Assembly (NCBI GenBank): GCA_964441745.1
Contig: CAYTYR010000001.1
Span: 130,754-194,753 of the forward strand
DNA: 64,000 bases
DNA from: an uncultured Clostridia bacterium
GTDB taxonomy: Bacteria; CAYTYR01; UBA6262
Direction of reading: 5' to 3'
The notes beneath the pieces are model-generated. The model saw only the letters and a list, made by a program, of their open reading frames with translations. It had not been told where the DNA came from and did not search any database. The translations under genes and the position numbers were made by a program. Shown one piece after another: positions 45,560 through 55,587 of the stretch (its first letter is position 1; each line of letters begins with the position of its first letter).

Positions 45560-46990
45560 TTTCACGATTCAGTGCCTGATAATATGTTAGGCGCTTCCCC
45601 CCGATTCTTGGTAAAATGATTGTTACTGGCAATCAAACCAAGAAGAGGAGGAAACACCATGAATTATGTTGGTGTAGATCTGCACAAAGAGCAGTCCTGG
45701 TTCGTAGTTTTAGACAGTAAAGGTAAAAGATTGATCAGTAAGAGTATAGCAAATTCTCCGGAAGGGTTAAAGCAGTATTTCTCGAAACTACCGAACCCCT
45801 TTACCCTGGCTGTAGAATCAACATATAACTGGTATTTCTTTGTTGATCTCGCGGAACAATACGCGGAAAAAGTATATCTGGCTAATTCCTATGAGCTGAA
45901 AGCCTTTGCCAAGAGACATAAGAAGACAGATAAGATAGATGCTCATCTGATCGCCGAGGTCCTACGTAAAGGATATTTGCCTACCGTGACTATTCCAGAT
46001 CAAGAAACCAGACGGGTCAAAGAGCTGTTGCGCTACCGGATGAATCTGGTCAGGGAACGCTCTAAGAATATTTATCAGGTAAGTGGTAATTTTACTACCT
46101 ACAAACGATTAAAGGCTCTCCCCCTGGAGCTTTTTCCTCCCAATTACCGGGAGATCATCCAGGGTTACAGCGAGAGAATCGAGTTTCTCACCCGCTGGCT
46201 CTTTCAGATAGAAAAGTATATCAAAGAAAATGTTAAGGATGACGAAGATATCATAAACCTGATCACTATTCCGGGTATCGACTATTTCAGTGCGGCTTTG
46301 ATTAAGACCGAGATCATTGATATCAGCCGGTTTGCTTCTTTTAACCGCTTATGCGCGTATGCCGGGTTAGCTCCCAGAGTCAGTCAAAGCGCCAATAAGG
46401 AAGTACATGGACCTTTAAATATCAATCGCCGGAAGAACCTGCAATGGATCCTAATTGAAGTGGTATATCATTTCATCAAGGCTCTTCCTGAGAAAAGCCA
46501 GCGCTATGAAAGCATAGTAAGCAGAAAAGGCGCTAATACCGCTAAAGTAGCCATGGCCCGAGAAATGCTCAAGATCATTTATCACGTTTTAAAAGAAAAA
46601 AGGCCTTTTTATCAGCATGTTGTCCGGTCTGAGGTGTCTCCTGCGCTCTATGGGGTCTGAGGTGCCGCAAGGCAGCTCTCGAAGGTCTGATTAGCGAGGA
46701 GCCACCACCCGATATTATCATGCAGTCCCGATGCACAGGGAGCTGCCGAGAGGTGACTGAAGTCCGGCATATGGCGGAGCTTCTCAAGGTAACTGATGGG
46801 TGTGGCGCCGACTGGATGATCTTTATAGCAATCATTGAATCTTAAGATTGTGGGGAATCTTTCAAGGGATCTCTATCTCTTCCCTTGACAATCACCTAAA
46901 TAGGTGAACCCGTTACTTCTAGACCCCGTTACTTCCTTACGAAATTTGATTACTAGGGAAGAAGGCTCCCGTTAGCTCTAGCATCAGCTT
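45560..46990 (+). mobile_element. IS110-family insertion sequence (boundaries approximate; this family lacks terminal IRs)
   Basis: Transposase gene plus a 330-bp GC-richer 3' flank, contrasting with AT-rich surroundings. Confidence 0.55.
45659..46660 (+). CDS. IS110-family transposase (DEDD N-domain + C-terminal HhH)
   Basis: MNYVGVDLHKEQSWFVVLD (DEDD motif 1), …TIPGIDYFSAALIKTEIIDISRF (C-terminal domain). GAGGAGG SD upstream. Confidence 0.8.
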   Translation: MNYVGVDLHKEQSWFVVLDSKGKRLISKSIANSPEGLKQYFSKLPNPFTLAVESTYNWYFFVDLAEQYAEKVYLANSYELKAFAKRHKKTDKIDAHLIAEVLRKGYLPTVTIPDQETRRVKELLRYRMNLVRERSKNIYQVSGNFTTYKRLKALPLELFPPNYREIIQGYSERIEFLTRWLFQIEKYIKENVKDDEDIINLITIPGIDYFSAALIKTEIIDISRFASFNRLCAYAGLAPRVSQSANKEVHGPLNINRRKNLQWILIEVVYHFIKALPEKSQRYESIVSRKGANTAKVAMAREMLKIIYHVLKEKRPFYQHVVRSEVSPALYGV

Positions 46991-46991
46991 C

Positions 46992-47135
46992 TTATAGTGG
47001 TATTAGTACCTCTTCACACCAAGAAATAACTTCTTCTGCATTATCTACTGAAGTAATATGCCAAAATATTCGTTGTAAATCTTTCCCTTTGAGAATATCA
47101 ATCGGGATGTCAGAATATTTTCCAAATTGCTTTAT
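46992..47135 (-). pseudogene. 3' fragment of a gene interrupted by IS21 insertion (…EFTIKQFGKYSDIPIDILKGKDLQRIFWHITSVDNAEEVISWCEEVLIPL)
   Basis: The reading frame runs out of the IS21 left terminal repeat. The N-terminal portion lies beyond the IS at 49553-50205. Confidence 0.4.
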
Positions 47136-47303
47136 TGTAAATTCCGCCGCATGACGACCGCAGATTCCGCTGCATGGCGACCGGGTTTTCCGCTGATGAC
47201 GACCAGCCGTTGGCCAGGATAAAACCAAAGCCGAATAAATTCAAGCATAATCTTCAAAAAACTGCCATAATGTGCCTACTTTATTCATTGGAGGCGCAAA
47301 AAG

Positions 47304-48740
47304 ATGGCGCAAAAGAGGTTATGCGTGAGACAAATCAAAGAAGTGTTAAGATTGAAGTATGAGCTGGGTAAAACCCACCAGGAAATCAAAAATATATGCG
47401 GTATAGGCAAAACCACGGTACAGGAATATCTTTCCCGGGCGCAAGCGGACGGGCTCAGCTGGCCCTTACCGCCTGATCTGAATGATGTCCAGTTGGAACA
47501 GCGATTATTCAAGAAAAAGAGCAATCCAGTAATAGGAAAGGCGCCGATTCCCTACCAGTATATAGCCGAAGAATTGCGCCGGCCCAATGTAACCTTGTGG
47601 TTGTTATGGGAAGAATACAAAAAAGAAAATCCGGAGAACGGCTATCAGTATAGTTTTTTCAATGAACAGGTTGATAAATACCTTGGCCGCGTAAACTACA
47701 GTATGCGACAGCAGCATCAGGCTGGTGAAAAAGTATTTGTTGATTTCGGCAATATTGAAGAACCGGGAATACTCGATCACTCCACCGGAGAGCTTTTAAA
47801 GATTCAGTTCTTCGTGGCAGTCTGGGGCGCTTCGCAATACGCCTATGCCGAAGCCTCACTGAGTCAGGATACCGCGGCCTGGATCAAGCTTAACATCAAC
47901 GCCTTGAGATTTTTCGGTTGCGCGCCGCAAGCGCTGGTGCCGGACAATCTTAAAGCCGCCGTAACTCAAACCTGCAAATATGAACCGATAATTAATAACA
48001 CTTTCATCGAGTTTGCCAATCACTATGATCTGGCGATAATGCCGGCCAGGCCAGCCAAACCAAAAGACAAGGCTTTAGCGGAAAACGGCGTTAAACTGGT
48101 CAAGCGCTGGATACTGGCCCGCCTGAGAAATAGAATTTTCGCTAATTTGGAACAATTAAACGCCGCCATCCGTGAACTACTGGAATATTACAATACACGG
48201 ATTATGAAAAAATACGGCAAATCGCGTAAAGAACTGTTTGCTTCTCTGGATAAACCAGTGGCGGCTTCTCTACCGGAAACAGATTATGAATATGCCCAGT
48301 GGAAAAAAGCCAGGGTGAATATTAATTATCATGTGAATTTTGAGAAACACGATTATTCAGTTCCTTACACGTTAATCCACAAAGAAGTGGAGATCAAAGC
48401 CACTACCGGAATAATCGAGGTGTATTTCCAGGGCGAAAGAGTCTGCGCTCATGCCAGAAGTGGCCGGGAAAACGGCTATTCCACGATCAAAGAGCACTTG
48501 CCGCCATCACACCAGAAATACCTGGAGTGGACCCCGCACCGATTAGTTTCCTGGGCCGAAAAATACGGCCCGGCAGTCAAAGCTCTCGTGGAAGCTATTA
48601 TGGCTTCGACCAGATTCCCGGAACAAGCGTATAAACGCTGCCTGGGTATTATCCGGCTGGGCAACCGCTATTCACCCCAACGTCTCAATACCGCTTGCCA
48701 ACGCGCTCTTAAATACCAGCAAACGGAGGAAAAACCATGA
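47304..48740 (+). CDS. istA: IS21-family transposase IstA
   Basis: N-terminal HTH (RQIKEVLRLKYELGKTHQEI), DDE core (…VDFG…, …D…, …E…), 478 aa. Overlaps istB by 4 bp. Confidence 0.85.
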   Translation: MAQKRLCVRQIKEVLRLKYELGKTHQEIKNICGIGKTTVQEYLSRAQADGLSWPLPPDLNDVQLEQRLFKKKSNPVIGKAPIPYQYIAEELRRPNVTLWLLWEEYKKENPENGYQYSFFNEQVDKYLGRVNYSMRQQHQAGEKVFVDFGNIEEPGILDHSTGELLKIQFFVAVWGASQYAYAEASLSQDTAAWIKLNINALRFFGCAPQALVPDNLKAAVTQTCKYEPIINNTFIEFANHYDLAIMPARPAKPKDKALAENGVKLVKRWILARLRNRIFANLEQLNAAIRELLEYYNTRIMKKYGKSRKELFASLDKPVAASLPETDYEYAQWKKARVNINYHVNFEKHDYSVPYTLIHKEVEIKATTGIIEVYFQGERVCAHARSGRENGYSTIKEHLPPSHQKYLEWTPHRLVSWAEKYGPAVKALVEAIMASTRFPEQAYKRCLGIIRLGNRYSPQRLNTACQRALKYQQTEEKP

Positions 48741-49477
48741 ACCTAAATCAAACTATTACCAGGCTCAATGAAATGAAATTATTCGGTCTGGCCAGAGCTT
48801 ATCAGGACAGAAGAACCAAACCAGACCATCAAGACCTCTCCTTTGACGAATTCTTAGGCCTGCTTGTTGACGATGAATACTTATACCGAAAAAATAACCG
48901 CCTCAAAAGACTTTTACAACTGGCCAGATTCAAAATCAACAATACCTCTCTGGAAGAAATAGACTACCGCCAGCCAAGAGGTCTGCAGAAAACTCAGATC
49001 GTCAATCTCCAGAATACTTCTTGGCTGACTAATCATCAGAATATCTTAATTGCCGGTCCAACAGGAGTCGGCAAAACCTATCTGGCCTGCGCTTTCGGTA
49101 ACTGGGCTTGCAGAAACGGCTTTACCACTGCCTATTTCCGCTGGCCGCGTCTTTTCGGCGACATCCTCGTGGCCAAAGGCGAAGGCAATTACCTTAAACA
49201 TCTTAAAAAACTGGCTAAAATTCAACTGCTGATTATTGATGATTTCGGCCTCAATGCTCTTGCCGATAGCGATAGAAAGGATTTCCTGGAAATCATTGAA
49301 GACAGATATATGGCTGGCTCGACCATTATTACCAGTCAATTGCCAGTCAAAGACTGGCACGAGTTTATCGGCGAGCCTACTATTGCTGATGCCATTATGG
49401 ACAGAATCCTTCATCTGTCCTGCAAATTTGATTTAAAAGGAGGTTCCATGCGTAAACCGCAAAAAAATATTGATTAA
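48737..49477 (+). CDS. istB: IS21-family helper ATPase IstB
   Basis: IAGPTGVGKTYLACA Walker A, LLIIDDFG Walker B. Confidence 0.85.
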   Translation: MNLNQTITRLNEMKLFGLARAYQDRRTKPDHQDLSFDEFLGLLVDDEYLYRKNNRLKRLLQLARFKINNTSLEEIDYRQPRGLQKTQIVNLQNTSWLTNHQNILIAGPTGVGKTYLACAFGNWACRNGFTTAYFRWPRLFGDILVAKGEGNYLKHLKKLAKIQLLIIDDFGLNALADSDRKDFLEIIEDRYMAGSTIITSQLPVKDWHEFIGEPTIADAIMDRILHLSCKFDLKGGSMRKPQKNID

Positions 49478-49552
49478 ACCGCCTTTTTAGAGTATAAAGC
49501 TATCAAAGATTATGCTTGTCTTACCGGTTGGTCGTCATCAGCGGATTTTACA

Positions 49553-50205
49553 CTAATCTGAAAAACTAAATACTCGGCCCTATTAGATAGATTTTGAGTA
49601 TTTGGGATTATAATGCCTAATGGTAGAAGCTGTTGAAATAGTGTTTCGAGTAATGCGAAAATATTTGCATAAAGTTTGTAATCCCCATTTCTTGTGAGCC
49701 AACCTTGGCCTTGTGCTATAAACTGTAATGCAATTGCGGGAGGGACATCGTGGTTTGCATTAAATTGATTCGGATTAATAGTAATTCCTCTCTGTTGTAA
49801 TGTTGTACTTTCGCCCTCGTGGATATGATAAAAAGATGGAGCTCTCGAACCTTGATAAGATTCATAACCTGCCAAATGGAAACCAAGTCTTGCATTTTGT
49901 GGATCAGGATTCTTTGGGATCAACCTATTCAATTCAGTCTCTAATTTATCTGCAAAATCCTTAAGAGTAGCAAGAGAAGAATTACTCGAAATAAAACTAG
50001 CAAGTCATTGGTCAGTTGAGACACTGTTAATTGATCCCATCCCCCAGCAAGAAATACCAGCGTTCAAATATGGAATCGTTTGTAATTTTATTGCAGCATT
50101 ATTTTGTGCGTGACTCAAATTCGTATGTGTATTGGTATAAGTAACGGCAGTATTTGCCGCCATTGTTATTCCAAGAGGGCTGATTTCAGTAAGTACTAAT
50201 GTCAT
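49553..50205 (-). pseudogene. 5' portion of the IS21-disrupted gene; contains an in-frame TGA at about 50002-50004 joining ORFs 50005-50205 and 49510-49932
   Basis: GGAGGATAAACA SD before the ATG at 50205. The same reading frame continues through a single TGA (…STDQ*LASF…) and then into the IS21 right end. Confidence 0.45.
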
Positions 50206-50433
50206 TGTTTATCCTCCAGTATTTGTTCTAACGCCGCGTTGAGTTTAAGTGTTTTCTTTCTCAACTTCAAGCACTTGGGTAACGTGGTCGTAAATGAGTG
50301 CTGACCCGTAGATATCTAAAAAGCAAGTAAAACCCTATAAAACCCTTATCAAATAAGGAACTACCACTTTACTTGCTTTGAATGTTCCAAGTAACAAATA
50401 TTCATTTCTAAATTATGACTTTATATTTTTCTT

Positions 50434-51519
50434 TTATTTCTTTTTCTTTACATATTTTTTCTTAGGCTTTACGGACAGCGCTTTCATATTATCTTCAATC
50501 ATCTTTACGGTCTTATCAAAATCACTCTGTGTTTTATCTGAAAGTTTTATCTGATCAGCGTAAAACTTCTCATATTCTTTCTCAGCAAATTCTTTAGCTA
50601 TTTCATGCGATATCTTCCCGGCATGCGTCAAAATATCCCTTTCATTTAATGAAAGAAAACCATTCAATTTTGTTATCCAGTTTTTCATAGTCATTGGAAT
50701 ACGCCTCATTGCCTGGCCTTCAGCAAATATCAGGTATTGCTCTGCAAGATTATTAAGTTCAAGCAATTCCTTCTCATTAAGATAATTTTTTGCTGTTGTT
50801 ATGTCATGCTTACGAGGTTTGTCTCCGCGCCAATTAGTAAGCCCCATGTGAGGCTTTTGGTTGTCGGCTCTTTCATAAATAATTTCCGCGGCTGTCTTGC
50901 CCGTAATTGCCCAGTGCATTTTGTTCTGAACTGTTTTAAAAAAATCTATACTTATCTCAAGGGTTGGATCATAGTCGACACTTGTTGCATAAATATCTGT
51001 GATTTTCTGGTAAAAGCGACGTTCAGAAGTGCGTATATCCTGAATACGTCTAAGCAGTTCCTCAAAATAATCAAATGGATTATCAGGATTCTTAAGCCGT
51101 TCATCATCTAAAACAAAACCTTTTACTATATACTCACGCAACCTCTGTGTTGCCCATTGTCTGAACCGTGTGGCAATATGCGACTTTATTCTGTACCCTA
51201 CAGATATAATAACATCAAGATTATAAAAATCAATGCTTCTGGTAACCGTTCGGGTACCTTCGTTTTGAACTGTCAAGAATTTCTTGACAGTTGAATCCGG
51301 ATTAACTTCTTTTTCTTCGAAAATGTTTGAAATATGAAGGCTTATGTTCTGTTTAGTAGTCTGAAAAAGATCCGCCATTAGCTGCTGGCTAAGCCACACT
51401 GTTTCACCTTCAAACCGCACATCAATTTTTGTCTGCCCGTTTTCAGTCTGATAGATGATAATTTGAGATCTATCACGATTGTCGTTTCTTTCCTCCATCT
51501 CCACTCCTTTAAACCACAT
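50434..51519 (-). CDS. RhuM-family (virulence-protein RhuM/Fic-DOC-like) protein
   Basis: The IIIYQTENGQTKIDVRFEGETVWLSQ…RFRQWATQRLREYIVKGFVLDDERLK pattern is typical of RhuM. 361 aa; the true start is probably the internal Met at about 51498. Confidence 0.65.
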   Translation of the reverse strand: MWFKGVEMEERNDNRDRSQIIIYQTENGQTKIDVRFEGETVWLSQQLMADLFQTTKQNISLHISNIFEEKEVNPDSTVKKFLTVQNEGTRTVTRSIDFYNLDVIISVGYRIKSHIATRFRQWATQRLREYIVKGFVLDDERLKNPDNPFDYFEELLRRIQDIRTSERRFYQKITDIYATSVDYDPTLEISIDFFKTVQNKMHWAITGKTAAEIIYERADNQKPHMGLTNWRGDKPRKHDITTAKNYLNEKELLELNNLAEQYLIFAEGQAMRRIPMTMKNWITKLNGFLSLNERDILTHAGKISHEIAKEFAEKEYEKFYADQIKLSDKTQSDFDKTVKMIEDNMKALSVKPKKKYVKKKK

Positions 51520-51561
51520 ATTTTATTATAAATTCTGTACCTGTCTTAGGAAGCTATGGGA

Positions 51562-52509
51562 TCAGTTATCGAAATTAGCATTAAGCTTCTCTATCTCTTT
51601 CCTGAGCTGGCTGTCTTCTTGCATTTCCCGCTCTATGCTGCCCGCCGCCTTACTGGCTGCCGAGCAGCTGATACCAAATATCTTACCTATTTCTTCATTG
51701 TTTAAATTACTATACCTCTTTAGCAGATAGATCGCTACCTTTTTCTCTTTGATACGATACTTCTTCATCTTGCATGGCTCGGACATATTGATGCCATATT
51801 CCTGGCTGATCAAATCCATGATGTCTTTGACGTCTCTCGGTCCTTTTAGTTCCTCTTTATAGGAAAAATCTTTACTGGCTACCTTCTCTTTCAGAATCTT
51901 AAGCTTTTCCTTGATAAATGATGGTTCCCCTAAGATAAATCCGGCATAAATGCCTTTGAGCGGAGTGTCTTTATTCCCTATGCCTTCTGCTGCGTATTGA
52001 CGATATTGTTCAGTACCAATAGAAATAGCCTCTCTGATCTGTTTCTTATCTATGTATCCATCGCCATCTTTCTTTAAATACCCTTGATAGCTGGAATATT
52101 TAAAATCTTCCGGTTTCGGTACGATCTTAGCCCTGACCGGATTCAAGTGAATATACCTGGTCAGTTCCAATAGGTAGTTGTCCTTATCCACCAGGATAGA
52201 CTTGTATCTGCCCTGAAAAACATGTCCAGATTTATGACATTTGAGATTGTAATAGGTGGTATAGGAGGAATTCACATAGTGCATGATCTTGGAGAGATTG
52301 GGCTGGGTGGTTTCCAGCAGCAGATGGTAATGGTTATTCATCAAAACATACGCATACAGATAGAAGTTATACTTGGCTTTGGCATTAAGCAGATATTTAA
52401 GAAATTGCTGATAATCATAATCACTGACGAAGATCTTCTTCCGGTCATCGCCACGGCTGGTGATATGATAGCAGCAATTTTCGCCTTGTAATCGATACGG
52501 TCTGGCCAT
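51562..52509 (-). CDS. IS200/IS605-like Y1 (HuH) transposase fused to a C-terminal DnaA-domain-IV-like HTH (copy 1, intact)
   Basis: HuH motif NNHYHLLLE, catalytic Tyr region (YIHLNPVRA). C-terminal segment LKRYSNLNNEEIGKIFGISCSAASKAAGSIEREMQED resembles the DnaA C-terminal HTH. Confidence 0.7.
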   Translation of the reverse strand: MARPYRLQGENCCYHITSRGDDRKKIFVSDYDYQQFLKYLLNAKAKYNFYLYAYVLMNNHYHLLLETTQPNLSKIMHYVNSSYTTYYNLKCHKSGHVFQGRYKSILVDKDNYLLELTRYIHLNPVRAKIVPKPEDFKYSSYQGYLKKDGDGYIDKKQIREAISIGTEQYRQYAAEGIGNKDTPLKGIYAGFILGEPSFIKEKLKILKEKVASKDFSYKEELKGPRDVKDIMDLISQEYGINMSEPCKMKKYRIKEKKVAIYLLKRYSNLNNEEIGKIFGISCSAASKAAGSIEREMQEDSQLRKEIEKLNANFDN

Positions 52510-52797
52510 AGGTCATATTTTACTATCTTGCTTCTTCTTTGTCAATCTATTTCCCATTTCAAGGACTGACCCCGTTGTCTCCTTTGCCATTGTTATTCTC
52601 CAAATCTGCCCGCTTCCCGGTGGCCACAACTCCCTGCTGACGGCACCGTCTGAAGCCATTGCCACGGTATACTATTCAATATACCATTCCCGAAATTAGT
52701 ATACCGTTGCCTATTACCCTGTTTGTTACCTCATTCGGGGCGTTATTACCCTATTCGCGCCATTTTCTCGCACCACTGGTAAGAGAAATACCTTTTT

Positions 52798-53241
52798 CTA
52801 ATGGCGCTTATTATCGCGTTTATTATCACGTTTACCTGACTTATTATCAGGTTTAGACCTCTTGCGACACTTTAACGCCCCATTAGCATTACTCTGCCGC
52901 TGAGCCTTCTTAAATTCCTCATCAAGTTGCTCGATTTCCGCTAACAGATGCCGCTTTAGTAGCGTCCATTCATATTCGTTAAGTTTCATGCCCCGGCGTG
53001 TGTCATAATATTTTTTATTTAAAACCTTCGGGGCATTCTCAATCTTCATTAATCTGCCCTTCCAGAACACCAAATCATTCACATTGCCGTTGTGCAATTC
53101 CAAAGGTACCAGCCAGCCCCCTTTATAAAGCTTATCATCATAAGGGGTGGTGCTATTTAATTCTGCCAACTCCTTCTTGCTCATTCTATGCAACGGCTTC
53201 GCGCAATCATTGAGCCTAAGAAAAAATGTCGTCGTTCCCAT
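52798..53241 (-). CDS. Hypothetical protein with basic K/R/D-rich tail (147 aa)
   Basis: ORF only. Immediately downstream of abiEii. Confidence 0.35.
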   Translation of the reverse strand: MGTTTFFLRLNDCAKPLHRMSKKELAELNSTTPYDDKLYKGGWLVPLELHNGNVNDLVFWKGRLMKIENAPKVLNKKYYDTRRGMKLNEYEWTLLKRHLLAEIEQLDEEFKKAQRQSNANGALKCRKRSKPDNKSGKRDNKRDNKRH

Positions 53242-53244
53242 GAT

Positions 53245-54168
53245 TTAATCTTTCTTCGTTATAATTTTCTTTAACTGTCGAACCGCATGAGCATGCTTAT
53301 CGTCGCCCATCTTTGCAAGATTCGATAGCTTCCATTTAACCGCTGGCATATCTTGAGCGCCTTTAACGCCCAAAAGATCCCACTTCGGCGCTCTTTCTTT
53401 AAATGAGATCAAAAAAGCGCGTTCATCCTCTGTTATCCGTCTATTAATTTCCTCAACTAAGGTTTTTCTGACGCGCACTAATTCTTCATACTTCACGTCA
53501 AATGAAGCCATTCCCGCGAACTCTTTTTCAAAAACCGGTTTCATATCCTTGAAATTCGGCGATAACAGTTCCGAGATTGGACGATTATGGCTTATAAGAT
53601 AAACAAGGAACGATTTACGGACTTGTTCTGTAATCCCTTCGTTTCTAAGAAGCAACATGATGTCGAAGATATCCCGCGGATGTTGTCTGTCAAGTGCCGC
53701 GCATATCTTGGAACCGTAAAGCTCAGAAAATGCCAGTGTCTTTGTAGACACGAATTTTTCAAAAACCTCCTCAGCCTTTTTGCAAAGATCTCTTTCCTCG
53801 GGCCCGAATAAAGACCCTCGAATAACATTATTCGGTTCGACTTTAACGATAGCATTTTGCTTTTTAACATAAAGTTTGGAAATAAATCCTTTTGCAGAAT
53901 CCGCTTTCTCCTCTATCAACACGGAAGGCATACTCGAAGAAATGCGTTTCGCTATCGACTTTAGCTGATCGCTGATAGCTTTGATCGTTTCCTTTCGGGA
54001 ACTAAGGCGCAAATAAGTCAGATCGATATCAACGGAAAGGCGCGGCATGTCACGCACGAAAAAATTGATCGCCGTTCCGCCATGTAAAGCGAAATCAGTG
54101 TCCGTGGTCATATACGGGAGTATGGAGATGAGAAGCTCGGCCTGCTGATAGAATAAATTCTTATTCAT
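53245..54168 (-). CDS. abiEii: AbiEii/AbiGii-family nucleotidyltransferase toxin (type IV TA / abortive infection)
   Basis: FALHGGTAINFF…SVDIDL (NTase GS…D.D signature of DUF1814/AbiEii); 307 aa. Confidence 0.75.
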   Translation of the reverse strand: MNKNLFYQQAELLISILPYMTTDTDFALHGGTAINFFVRDMPRLSVDIDLTYLRLSSRKETIKAISDQLKSIAKRISSSMPSVLIEEKADSAKGFISKLYVKKQNAIVKVEPNNVIRGSLFGPEERDLCKKAEEVFEKFVSTKTLAFSELYGSKICAALDRQHPRDIFDIMLLLRNEGITEQVRKSFLVYLISHNRPISELLSPNFKDMKPVFEKEFAGMASFDVKYEELVRVRKTLVEEINRRITEDERAFLISFKERAPKWDLLGVKGAQDMPAVKWKLSNLAKMGDDKHAHAVRQLKKIITKKD

Positions 54169-54177
54169 AATCTCCTG

Positions 54178-54942
54178 TTATTTGGGAACGACTATTTTAT
54201 ACTTGCTGTCATAATGGCCATTATTGCAAAGAGACCTCTTCCCTGTTCCAAAATTAACCTTTTCAAGATTCAATTTCTTGACCCACGCATGATTATTCTT
54301 CTCGGCTAAGTACATGAATAGCCTTTTCGTCTTAACAGAGCCGCATTTTTCTAAAAGCTCTTGAACCATGCTCGGGCGAAGCGTCGTGAGGCCGGACATT
54401 ATCTGATCCAGTTCATCAAAGGATTCTCTTAGCGGAACGTTGTAGCATAATTCTATAACGGCTCTTTCTGCCGAGGATATCTTGATCTCATAGTTCCCTG
54501 AATTATATGTTGTAAGCCCCTGCCCGGTCTCATCTCCAAAAAGTCCAGTCATCACATATCGCACATCAACTTCCCATTTGTAGTTTTTAAACCATTCAGG
54601 AAGCTTTTCGTTTTTGGCTCCAAAAAGGATAATCTTTGCTTGTTTAAAATTTGCCGGAAGATAATGCGCGCTGCCCAATAATTGAAGAGCAGTCTTTCCC
54701 GCAGGATGAACGGACATATTTAACTGCGTTTGCAATGTATACAGCCCGCCATTCCAGTCGACATTTTCTCCGGCCCGCTTAAAAGCTCCTTGCCCTATCC
54801 GTTCTATCCAACCGCTCTTAACATATGTTCCGGCTAATTGGCGATACACACCCTGCCCTTCGAGCCAAGTGGATACAGCAACGGTATTTTTAGGCCAGCT
54901 TCTAAGTAAATTGTTTATTATACTTCCATTTTGTCTATCCAT
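54178..54942 (-). CDS. abiEi: AbiEi-family antitoxin/transcriptional regulator
   Basis: The N-terminal domain with GQGAFKR and the C-terminal domain match AbiEi. Positioned immediately upstream of abiEii with a 9-bp gap. Confidence 0.7.
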   Translation of the reverse strand: MDRQNGSIINNLLRSWPKNTVAVSTWLEGQGVYRQLAGTYVKSGWIERIGQGAFKRAGENVDWNGGLYTLQTQLNMSVHPAGKTALQLLGSAHYLPANFKQAKIILFGAKNEKLPEWFKNYKWEVDVRYVMTGLFGDETGQGLTTYNSGNYEIKISSAERAVIELCYNVPLRESFDELDQIMSGLTTLRPSMVQELLEKCGSVKTKRLFMYLAEKNNHAWVKKLNLEKVNFGTGKRSLCNNGHYDSKYKIVVPK

Positions 54943-55080
54943 AATAGTCTGTTTAGCACAATTTTAAACCAATGTCAAGCATTTTCACTTACTGTAGCGT
55001 AGTTTGGAATACTGCCAATATGTAAACAATAACTTGTCATTCAAGACATATTCTAAACCTCTATGTAGATAGCGTTTACC

Positions 55081-55108
55081 GTCTGTCGCAAAAACTATGT
55101 TCTTTTTG
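55081..55108 (-). terminator. Hairpin terminator (GTCGCAAAAA-ctatgttc-TTTTTGCGAC) downstream of the 90-aa gene
   Basis: Perfect 10-bp inverted repeat seen in sequence. Confidence 0.45.
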
Positions 55109-55171
55109 CGACAAGCGGCGGAACTGCACTATGAAATAAGACAGTTGTTCTATGGGATAGAACAGGCGGGA

Positions 55172-55444
55172 TTACAGGACGGATTCTTGGAGCTTGCCGG
55201 TCGTGGCGTCCACAATCCGGAAGTGAGTTTTGCCGGTGCGGCCTCTCCACTGCTCTTCGATATTCAGGCTCCAGTCGCCCAGAGGCATGACTTTCTGGAT
55301 CTCCCGCAGGCGAAGCTTGCCAGCCGGGACCGCGCCCACAAGATCGCCCTCGCTGGAGATGTTTTCCACGTAAACTTCCTCACCAGCCAGCCGGACGCTG
55401 ATGTAGCGGGTTTTCTTAACCGCTTGATCAATAACTCGTGCCAT
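55172..55444 (-). CDS. Hypothetical 90-aa protein encoded by a conspicuously GC-rich patch
   Basis: GGGAGG SD. The local GC is visibly higher than the flanking AT-rich DNA. Confidence 0.4.
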   Translation of the reverse strand: MARVIDQAVKKTRYISVRLAGEEVYVENISSEGDLVGAVPAGKLRLREIQKVMPLGDWSLNIEEQWRGRTGKTHFRIVDATTGKLQESVL

Positions 55445-55587
55445 ACGCCTACCTCCCTTTTGAGGTCAAGTAGGCCATAGGTTCAAGCGGTTGGCAAGGA
55501 ATTATTCCACCACTTTGCTCACCGCAGCGCTCGAAATATTAAAATATTTACCTATTTCAATATTGCTGAGCGCTGTCACTCTTTTCA

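Larger units (their letters stand above)
47136..49552 (+). mobile_element. IS21-family insertion sequence (istA-istB) with multi-repeat termini
   Basis: Left end TGTAAATTCCGCCGCATGACGACC… carries three CCGC(N)ATGACGACC repeats. The right end is …CCGGTTGGTCGTCATCAGCGGATTTTACA, an inverted copy. Outermost TGTAAA/TTTACA. Confidence 0.75.

Noticed and set aside
50002-50004. In-frame TGA as a selenocysteine codon
   Set aside because: No obvious SECIS-like stem-loop directly downstream, no selenoprotein-like redox motif around it, and the gene is additionally disrupted by IS21. A nonsense mutation in a pseudogene is the simpler reading.
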